Below, in pieces: positions 36,320 to 46,044 of a DNA stretch of 64,000 nucleotides (position 1 is its first letter; the number at the start of each line of letters is the position of its first letter). Source of the stretch: Macrostomum lignano (lineage: Eukaryota). The notes beneath the pieces were generated by a model. That model worked only from the letters and a program-made list of their open reading frames with translations. It ran no database searches and had not been told where the DNA came from. The position numbers and the translations under genes are program-made. The DNA lies in NCBI GenBank assembly GCA_002269645.1, contig NIVC01000338.1, forward strand, positions 29,171-93,170, in the 5' to 3' direction.

Positions 36320-37015
36320 AGCGGGAGAGATGAGAGAGAGATGAGAGGAAGATATGAGAAGGATGGAGATGAGAGGGAGAGATGAGAGAAAGATATGAAA
36401 AGGATGGAGATGAGAGGGAGAGATGAGCGAAAGATATGAAAAGGATGGAGATGAGAGGTAGAGATTAGTGGGAGAGATGAGAGTGAGAGATGAGAGGGAG
36501 AGATAAGAGAGAGATGAGAGGAAGAGATGAGATGGAGAGATGAGAGGGAGAGATCAGTGGGAGAGAGTTGAGAGTGAGAGATGAGAGGGAGAGATAAGAG
36601 AGAGAGATGAGAGGGAGAGATGAGAGGGAGAGATGAGAGGGAGAGATGAAAGTGAGAGATAAGAGTGAGAGATGAGAGTGAGAGCTGAGAGGGAGAAATG
36701 AGAGGGAGAGATGAGAGCGAGAGCTGAGAGGGAGAGCTGAGAGGGAGAGATGAGAGGGAAAGATGAGAGGGAGAGATGAGAGGGAGAGATGAGAGGGAGA
36801 GCTGAGAGGGAGAGATAAGAGAGAGAGATGAGAGGGAGAGATGAGAGGGAGAGATGAGAGGGAGAGATGAGAGCGAGAGCTGAGAGGGAGAGCTGAGAGG
36901 GAGAGATGAGAGGGAAAGATGAGAGGGAGAGATGAGAGGGAGAGATGAGAGCGAGAGCTGAGAGGGAGAGATAAGAGGGAGAGATGAGAGGGAGAGATGA
37001 GAGGGAGAGATGAGA
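36320..37015. repeat. 13-bp purine-rich minisatellite (GAGATGAGAGGGA)
   Basis: Direct inspection. Confidence 0.93.
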
Positions 37016-37454
37016 GTAAGAGGTGTGTGTGCTTCTCAGCTCAGTAATCCAATTCCTTTATTTACCTACCGAAGCGAGCTCAGGCCGCAGTGAATTGGAT
37101 CGCAAGAATGTCATTTGATGCAGACGGGCAACTCAAACGTCAATGAAATGCCGACGTTTCAAAGCTGGAATTGAATTTATTTTAATTTGATTAAGCAAGC
37201 GCATTTCAGGAAGTGTACATTGCTACGGCTCTGCCTGTACAGAGGGAGAATGGGGGGCGCAGATTAAAGCTCGCTGGAGCTCAGCCAATGCAATGCAAAT
37301 TTTTCCACAGCAGAAATGATGCAGAATTTAAATTAAAGTCACAGAGTTGATTGATCATTTAAACCAATTAAAAACAGAGAAAATTAGATATACTTAAATT
37401 TGTTAGTGTTATTCGTTTTTTGTTAATTTTGTTAATTTTTGTGCGGTTGTTAAT

Positions 37455-37890
37455 GTGAGTGTTGTTAGTGTTGTTAGTGTTGTTAGTGTTGTTAGTGTTG
37501 TTAGTGTTGTTAGTGTTGTTAGTGTTGTTAGTGTTGTGTTGTTAGTGTTGTTAGTGTTGTTAGTGTTGTTAGTGTTGTTAGTGTTGTTAGTGTTGTTAGT
37601 GTTGTTAGTGTTGTTAGTGTTGTTAGTGTTGTTAGTGTTGTTAGTGTTGTTAGTGTTGTTAGTGTTGTTAGTGTTGTTAGTGTTGTTAGTGTTGTTAGTG
37701 TTGTTAGTGTTGTTAGTGTTGTTAGTGTTGTTAGTGTTGTTAGTGTTGTTATTGTTGTTACTGTTGTTTTTAGTGTTGTTAATGTTGTTAGTGTCGGTAA
37801 AGTTGTTGTTAGTGTTGTTACTGCTGTTGTTAGTGTTGTTAATGCTGTTGTTAGTGTTGTTACTGCTGTTGTTGTGTTGTTACTGCTATT
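37455..37890. repeat. 9-bp repeat (GTTAGTGTT)n
   Basis: Direct inspection. Confidence 0.95.
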
Positions 37891-37915
37891 GTTAGTGTTG
37901 TCAGGTTGCTGTCGC

Positions 37916-39057
37916 TCAGACAGTTACCGGCGTCGGCCGATTGCTCGGCGCTGCACCCGGCTCCCCATCTGTTGCCATGGCAGCGGAAGTGGTGGCGGGC
38001 GCGGTCCGGACGGTGAGCAGCAGCGGCGGGTTGCCCGGATGCGGTCGCCGCCTGGCCCGGCAGCTGCCGTGGGCGCTGAGGCCGGCGAACAGCAGCAGGG
38101 CAGTCAGGGCCAGCAGGGCGGCCAGGGCGGCCAGCCCCAGGGGGGCGGTAGCAGCAGTCCCGGAGGCCGTGCCAGAGGGCGGCGGACAGCAGCACGGCGG
38201 CCACCAGGGCGGAGAGCAGCGCCAGGGTGGCCAGACTGAACACCACGCGGGGGGCGCTGCTGCAGACGGAGAGGCGCGGGCAGGCGAGGCGCTGGTAGCG
38301 GCTGCGCCAGTCTGGTGGGGGGGGGGGGCAGGGAGACAGGAGCTCTTGGAACTGAGCCAGAAGTTAGATAAGAGCAATAACAGCGGGGCAAGAGTTCTGC
38401 CTGCGGCTGCAGACAAGATTTCAGCGCCTCTTCAGTGCTAGATGCGAGAATTTTCCAGAGAACCTGACACCGGTTCATCGTTACACCACCTTCACTTCCC
38501 ATGGATGTGTGCCCCTAAAATTTTAGGCAATAGTCTTCATCTACAGTGGGTTCAATCAAGTTGTACAGCCGGCCTCACACAAGTTGTACAGCTGGCTCAC
38601 ACAAGGTGTCTAGCGGACATCACAGGGTGTAGAGCGAGCCTCACACAGGGCGTACAGCGGATTCACACAGGGTGTACAGCAGACTCACACAGGGTGTACA
38701 GCAGACTCACACAGGGTGTACAGCAGACTCACACAGGGTGTACAGCAGACTCACACAGGGTGTACAGCGGACTCACACAGGGTGTACAGCGGACTCACAC
38801 AGGGTGTACAGCAGACCTCACACAGGGTGTACAGCAGACTCACACAGGGTGTACAGCAGACTCACACAGGGTGTACAGCGGACTCACACAGGGTGTACAG
38901 CAGACTCACACAGGGTGTACAGCGGACTCACACAGGGTGTACAGCAGACTCACACAGGGTGTACAGTGAGCCAAGAGCGCGCCTCACCGTCTTCCTCCCT
39001 CTTCTCGGGCTGCACGTGCAGCAGGGCCGGGCCAACGTAGCGATGCACCAGCAGCAT
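37916..39057 (-). CDS. Uncharacterised small membrane protein with two predicted TM helices (needs one 1-nt correction at G-run 38140-38145)
   Basis: Exons 39057-38988 (MLLVHRYVGPALLHVQPEKREED, phase-1 GTGAG donor) and 38311-37916 (CAG acceptor, phase matches). Codons strongly GC3-rich. Hydrophobic segments VVFSLATLALLSALVAAVLLSAALW and LGLAALAALLALTALLLFAGL lie in different frames either side of a G6 run. May extend upstream through an acceptor at 39068. Confidence 0.5.
38570..38965. repeat. ~23-bp minisatellite from the same SINE-like family (CACACAGGGTGTACAGCAGACT-type x ~17)
   Basis: Direct inspection; same unit as 45425-45815; lies in the intron of the orphan TM gene. Confidence 0.9.
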
Positions 39058-39619
39058 ATGTCGGGGTCTGGCGGCTCTCAGCAATCAGCTGATCGAAAAA
39101 TTCGGTCGAAACAATCAGCGGAAATTCTCCCAGTTACCGAAATCCCTCCTCAGAGAATTGATGGCAGGGTGCTGCAGATGAGGACAGCCATGAATGTGCC
39201 CGGGGATTTGGGATCTAAGAACTTGGGGAAGGGGATAGCGCTGTCTTCAATAATTAAAATCCTTAGCAACTGAGGCAGTCAACAGAATGAATTATTAAAT
39301 CTCCAAGAGAGTCTCCATCCTGCAGATCCCCCCCCAACTCAGCTGGAGCTGCAGCCCTGCGCAGCCTCTTGTTGTGGGCGTTGATTGCACTTTTGTATTC
39401 CAGGAATACGGCAGTTTTGATTGACCAGCGCGGGACTTCAATCGGAAACTGATTCCCCTCTGGGGTCCGCGGTTTTTGGGGACTCGAGAAATTTTATGGC
39501 CGAATTCTTATTCCCGCTCCGCGGCTCCCACTGGGAAATTTTCGAGTTGGAATAAAGAGAAACCCTGTGTTCGGTGTATTAAATTTGGGTGACGTCACTG
39601 TCTTAGATTTAAATTACTT

Positions 39620-41825
39620 CGGATCTCATTGGGCGAAATTGATTCTCATTCCGAATTTCATTGATTCTGATTCTGAATCTCATTGATTCTGATTCCAAAT
39701 TTCATAGATTCTGATTCTGAATCTCATTGATTCTGATTCCGAATTTCATAGATTCTGATTCTGAATCTCATTGATTCTCATTCTGAATTTCATAGATTCT
39801 GAATCTCATTGATTCTCATTCCGAATTTCATAGATTCTGATTCTGAATCTCATTGATTCTGATTCCAAATTTCATAGATTCTGATTCTGAATCTCATTGA
39901 TTCTGATTCCGAATTTCATAGATTCTGATTCCGAATTTCATAGATTCTGATTCCGAGTTTCATTGATTCTCATTCCGAATTTCATTGATTCTCATTCCGA
40001 ATTTCATAGATTCTGATTCTGAATCTCATTGATTCTGATTCCGAATTTCATAGATTCTGATTCTGAATCTCATTGATTCTCATTCTGAATTTCATAGATT
40101 CTGAATCTCATTGATTCTCATTCCGAATTTCATAGATTCTGATTCTGAATCTCATTGATTCTGATTCCAAATTTCATAGATTCTGATTCTGAATCTCATT
40201 GATTCTGATTCCGAATTTCATAGATTCTGATTCCGAATTTCATAGATTCTGATTCCGAGTTTCATTGATTCTCATTCCGAATTTCATTGATTCTCATTCC
40301 GAATTTCATAGATTCTGATTCCGAATTTCATAGATTCTGATTCCGAGTTTCATTGATTCTCATTACGAATTTTATTGATTCTGATTCCGAATTTCATAGA
40401 TTCTGATTCCGAATTTCATTGATTCTCATTCCGAATTTTATTGATTCTGAATCTCATAGATTCTGATTCTGAATATCATTGATTCTCATTCCGAATTTTA
40501 TTGATTCTGATTCTGAATTTCATTGATTCTGATTCCGAATTTTATTGATTCTGATTCTGAATTTCATTGATTCTGATTCTGAATTTCATTGATTCTGATT
40601 CTGAATTTTATTGATTCTGATTCTGAATTTCATTGATTCTGATTCTGAATTTCATTGATTCTGATTCTGAATTTTATTGATTCTGATTCCGAATTTCATT
40701 GATTCTGATTCTGAATCTGTTTGATTCTCATTCCGAATTTCATTGATTCTGATTCTGAATTTCATTGATTCTGATTCTGAATTTCATTGATTCTGATTCT
40801 GAATTTCATAGATTCTCATTCTGAATCTCATTAATTCTAATTCCGAATCTCATTGATTCTCATTCCGGATTTCATTGATTCTGATTCTGAATTTCATTGA
40901 TTCTGAATATCATTGATTCTCATTCCGAATTTCATTGATTCTGATTCTGAATTTCATTGATTCTGATTCTGAATTTCATTGATTCTCATTCTGAATTTCA
41001 TAGATTCTGATTCTGAATTTCATTGATTCTGATTCTGAATTTCATTGATTCTCATTCTGAATTTCATAGATTCTGATTCTGAATTTCATTGATTCTCATT
41101 CTGAATTTCATAGATTCTGATTCTGAATCTCATTGATTCTCATTCTGAATTTCATAGATTCTGATTCTGAATCTCATTGATTCTGATTCTGAATCTCATT
41201 AATTCTAATTCCGAATCTCATTGATTCTCATTCCGAATTTTATTGATTCTGATTCTGAATTTCATTGATTCTCATTCCGAATTTCATTGATTCTGATTCT
41301 GAATTTTATTGATTCTGATTCCGAATTTTATTGATTCTCATTCCGATTTTCATTTATTCTGATTCCGAATATTATTGATGATTCTGAATCTCATTGATTC
41401 TGATTCCGAATTTCATTGATGATTCTGAATCTCATTGATTCTGATTCCGAATTTCATTGATTCTGATTTTGAATCTAATTGATTCTCATTCCGAGTTTCA
41501 TTGATTCTCATTCCGAATTTCATTGATTCTTATTCCGAATTTCATTTATTCTCATTCTGAATTTCATAGATTCTGATTCTGAATCTCTTTGATTCTCATT
41601 CCGAATTTTATTGATTCTGAATCTCATAGATTCTGATTCTGAATCTAATTGATTCTGATTCCGAGTTTCATTGATTCTCATTCCAAATTTCATAGATTCT
41701 GATTCCGAATTTCATAGATTCTGATTCTGAATCTGTTTGATTCTCATTCCGAATTTTATTGATTCTGATTCCGAATTTCATTGATGATTCTGAATTTCAT
41801 AGTTACTCATTCCGAATTTTATTAA
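39620..41825. repeat. 2.2-kb complex ~22-bp satellite (GATTCTGATTCCGAATTTCATT) with a ~302-bp higher-order duplication
   Basis: The block starting at 39721 recurs at 40023. Confidence 0.93.
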
Positions 41826-42274
41826 TTTGAACTTTGGACAGAGTCTCAAATATGAGCTCAGAGAAGCTGTGGCTGCCAGCTCTATCAGTTATGGCATGGA
41901 TGCTAAAATAAATAAACAGAAAAAAACGAAAAACTCAAACTTCGATTTGAAAACTGCGTGTTGATGAAAAAATGCTACGCGAATTCGCAACCGATCGATG
42001 ACTCAGCAAAAAGTTATCTATCTACACACTGCAGGCCTTTGTTTATTTGTATATGAAATATTAAAGTAGTTGGCATGCCGCAAACGGCAATGAATGCCTG
42101 TGAATGAAAATACACTACTGCAAGCTGACTTGATGCAATTATCACTGAATTGTGCATTAATAAAATATTAGGCTGATTAATAACAAACAAGTCAGCCAAC
42201 TTTTCAAATAAACAATTCAATCTATGATACGACCAATAAGTTAATAAATCAATCAGCCAATCAAAAAACCCACC

Positions 42275-42985
42275 AATCAATCAACCAATCAATCAATCAA
42301 TTAGCCAATCAAACAACCAATCAATCAACCAATCAACCAATCAATCAACCAATCAATCAATCAACCAACCAATCAACCAACCAATCAATCAATCAACCAA
42401 CCAATCAACCAACCAACCAATCAATCAATCAATCAACCAATCAATCAATTAGCCAATCAAACAACCAATCAATCAATCAATCAACCGATCAATCAACTAA
42501 TCGATCAACCAACTAATCGACCAATCAACCAATCAACCAATCAATCAACCAATCAACCAATCAATCAACCAATCAACCAACCAATCAACCAACCAATCAA
42601 TCAATCAACCAACCAATCAATCAATCAACCAACCAATCAACCAACCAACCAATCAATCAATCAATCAACCAATCAATCAATTAGCCAATCAAACAACCAA
42701 TCAATCAATCAATCAACCGATCAATCAACTAATCGATCAACCAACTAATCGACCAATCAACCAATCAACCAATCAATCAACCAATCAACCAATCAATCAA
42801 CCAATCAACCAACCAATCAACCAACCAATCAATCAACCAACCAACCAATCAATCAATCAATCAACCAATCAATCAATTAGCCAATCAAACAACCAATCAA
42901 TCAATCAATCATCCAATCAAACAATCAACCAATCAATCAACCGATCAATCAACTAATCGATCAACCAACTAATCGACCAATCAAC

Positions 42986-43020
<35 letters not shown>

Positions 43021-43060
43021 GCAATCAAGCAATCAATCAATCAATCAATCACTAAAACAA
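42275..43060. repeat. (CAAT/CCAA)-based microsatellite with ~230-bp higher-order units
   Basis: The marker CCGATCAATCAACTAATCGATC recurs at ~42486, ~42717 and ~42941. Confidence 0.93.
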
Positions 43061-43107
43061 CCAATCAATAATCACCCAACTCAGTCAATCACACCCCGAT
43101 CGCAGTG

Positions 43108-44820
43108 TCACTCATCCAGACCCCCGCGCCCAGCCGAGTCCAGCAGCCTCTCCCTCTCCAACAAGGCCAGCTGGGATTCGAAGTTCGTCAAATTGACGTG
43201 ACTCCTCGACCTGAGCAGCAGCGCGCAGGCGTCGGCGAGGTTCATGCCGCGGCCGGCCGTCAGGTAGGCGACGGTAAACGACGGCGCCCGAGAGATGCCA
43301 GCGTGGCAGTGCAGCAGCACTCGACTGCCGCGGCGCAGCTGGGCGTCGACAAACTCGCACAGGGCCGGCAGCTCCCGGCGCAGGTCGATCGACGGCGAGT
43401 CCTCGACGCTGAGCCGGAGGTACTCGAACTTGTCGGCGAAGTAGTTCGGCACGTCTGGTGTCAAATTGACGATGGCTTTGACACCGTGCGCCTCCAGGGT
43501 GGCCAAGTCCTTGGCGACGTAGCGAGAGCCTGGTCAAGGATTGGGTCAAGTGGGTCAGTGGGTCAAGGAGTGGGTCAAGTGGGTCAGTGGGTCGGTGAAC
43601 AGTCAGTGGGTCAAGGATTGGGTCAAGTGGGTCAGTAGGTCGGTGAATAGTCAGTGGGTCAAGGATTAGGTCAAGTGGGTCAGTGGGTCAAGGATTAGGT
43701 CAAGTGGGTCAGTGGGTCGGTGAACAGTCAGTGGGTCAAGGATTGGGTCAAGTGGGTCAGTGGGTCAAGGAGTGGGTCAAGTGGGTCAGTGGGTCGGTGA
43801 ACAGTCAGTGGATCAAGAATTGGTTCAAGTGGGTTAGTGGGTCGGTGAATAGTCAGTCGGTCAAGGATTAGGTCAAGTGGGCCAGTGGGTCGGTGAACAG
43901 TCAGTGGGTCAAGGATTTAGTCAAGTGGGTCAGTGGGTCGGTGAACAGTCAGTGGGTCAAGGATTGGGTCAAGTGGGTCAGTAGGTCGGTGAATAGTCAG
44001 TGGGTCAAGGATTAGGTCAAGTGGGTCAGTGGGTCGGTGAACAGTCAGTGGGTCAAGGATTGGGTCAAGTGGGTCAGTGGGTCAAGGAGTGGGTCAAGTG
44101 GGTCAGTGGGTCCGTGAACAGTCAGTGGGTCAAGGATTGAGTCAAGTGGGTCAGTGGGTCGGTGAATAGTCAGTGGGTCAATGATTGGGTCAAGTGGGTC
44201 AGTGAGTCGGTGAATAGTCAGTGGGTCAAGGATTAGGTCAAGTGGGTCAGTGGGTCGGTGAACAGTCAGTGGGTCAAGGATTGGGTCAAGTGGGTCAAGG
44301 ATTGGGTCAAGTGGGTCAAGGATTGGGTCAAGTGGGTCAGTGCAATCAATGGGTCAAGTGTTGCGTCAAGTGGGACGGTGAGAAATCAATAAGTGGGTCG
44401 AGGATTTGAGCAAGTGGATCAGTGAGCAGTCAGTGGGTCAAGGAGTCAAGTAGGTCAATAGGCAGTTAGTACCTTAAGGATTGGGTCGGTAAGGCAAGCG
44501 AGTCAAGAATTAGGCCATTAAAAAGCAGTGAGGTTAGATTAAAAGTGAGTCAGGCATTAGGGTCGAGCAATCACAAACTGAGCGAGTCTTGATGCTCTAA
44601 GCTCAAAATCTTAAAGTCAGCCTGTCAAGTCAGACTCACCGATGCACAGCATAGCAGTCACGTGACTAACCTCTAGGTCATTGTTGACCGGAACCAATCC
44701 GTGCTGTCTAATCACTTCGGCAAGTTTCAATCGCTCCTCCGCTTCGTCCCAATCACTTCCCGGCACAACTTTTGTAGTGACGTCATCAGCAGTGACGTCA
44801 TCAGCAGTGACGTCATCGGC
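43108..44820 (-). CDS. Atypical dual-specificity protein phosphatase (DUSP19-like); 5' end uncertain
   Basis: Last exon 43529-43108: (G)SRYVAKDLATLEAHGVKAIVNLTPDVPNYFADKFEYLRLSVEDSPSID..VLLHCHAGISRAPSFTVAYL, with an intact HCxxGxSR loop and general-acid Asp. Upstream exon ends at 44640 (..SHVTAMLCIG|gtgagt, phase 1). That frame is open to an AAG acceptor at 44821, and its only in-frame ATG is at 44652. Confidence 0.85.
43533..44360. repeat. GGGTCAAGTGGGTCAGT-type minisatellite abutting the DUSP acceptor
   Basis: Starts immediately after the acceptor (43530-43532). Confidence 0.93.
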
Positions 44821-45349
44821 CTTAAATTACGAATTTTATAGTAACTAAAATCAATTTAAAACCTTTAAAACCTAAAAAAGTCTACTAACAGTAAGAAAAC
44901 AAGAATAAAATCTGAAACTGGATATCACTTGATATTCATGCTAAAATAACGAGTGTACTTGCACTGGAAAGACGCTGATTTATTTAACTTAGCCCGTATA
45001 AAAGAACAGTAAAAATTGGGTGGATAATTAACTTCGATTTGGACGAGAATAAAATACTGTCACGTTTTTGTGAGAAGCCGATTCCAAATCAGATGAATGC
45101 GGCAAGTTTACAGAAGCTTTTTGAGAAATCAGCGTTACTCGCTAACAATGGTGACATACTGAGCACGCGATCAAAGTTAAAAATTAAGCAGAAATAGAGG
45201 GTCACTTGACCCAAAAAAAATTTTTTTCAGAGGATCAATTACTAACCACGTGGTCACGTGACCTTTTATTAATTTACAATTCAGTTACGAAATAATCTGT
45301 TTCATTAAAAATCGAGCAGAATAAAATTCTACGCAATTGGTCACGTGAC
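44657..45349. promoter_or_regulatory. Putative DUSP promoter: 3 CRE sites and 3 GTCACGTGAC E-box palindromes
   Basis: TGACGTCA at 44778, 44793, 44808; GTCACGTGAC at 44657, 45253, 45340; CCACGTGG at 45246. Confidence 0.45.
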
Positions 45350-45419
45350 ACCCTAGCCGCCCATCCCTGTTAGTAAGTTGCCGGTGGGGGAGCTGTGAGC
45401 GTTGCCGCAAATCAAGCGG

Positions 45420-46005
45420 GCTCATCACACAGGGTGTACAGCGGGCTCACACAGGGTGTCCAGTGGGCTCACACAGGGTGTACAGTGGACTCACACAGGG
45501 TGTACACCAGACTCACACAGGGTGTACAGCGGACTCACACAGGGTGTACAGCGGGCTCACACAGGGTGTACAGCGGACTCACACAGGGTGTACAGCGGGC
45601 TCACACAGGGTGTACAGCGGGCTCACACAGGGTGTACAGCGGGCTCACACAGGGTGTACAGCGGGCTCACACAGGGTGTACAGCGGGCTCACACAGGGTG
45701 TACAGCGGGCTCACACAGGGTGTACAGCGGGCTCACACAGGGTGTACAGCGGGCTCACACAGGGTGTACAGCGGGCTCACACAGGGTGTACAGCGGACTC
45801 ACACAGGGTGTACAGCGGCCCTGACTCCTATTGGCACTCTGTGCCTTGGGGGGCTAAGTTTTTTTGGACCATTCAGTTGAAGTTGCACCCCCCCCCCCAA
45901 AAAAAAGTTTTCCTTAGCAACAGCTGAGTTTCGAGGCTGGCCATCAAGGGCGTGAGCTGTACAGAACCCGAATCAAAAAAACCACGCGAGGAATCGAACC
46001 CGGGT
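45420..46005 (-). mobile_element. SINE-like copy with an internal 23-bp tandem expansion (CACACAGGGTGTACAGCGGGCT-type x ~17, 45425-45815)
   Basis: The array runs into GTGTACAGCGGCCCTGACT..GGCACTCTGTGCCTTGG, then GGCCATCAAGGGCGT and a B-box complement GGAATCGAACC (45990-46000), in the same order as the 58250 copy. Confidence 0.6.
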
Positions 46006-46044
46006 ACACTTTGGCCCGATAGAAGTCAGACGGGGCGACGCCTG

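Noticed and set aside
39620-41825. Heat-shock element array (many GAA/TTC)
   Set aside because: Spacing is TTCnGAA/GAAnTTC with 1 nt, not the 2 nt of nGAAnnTTCn.
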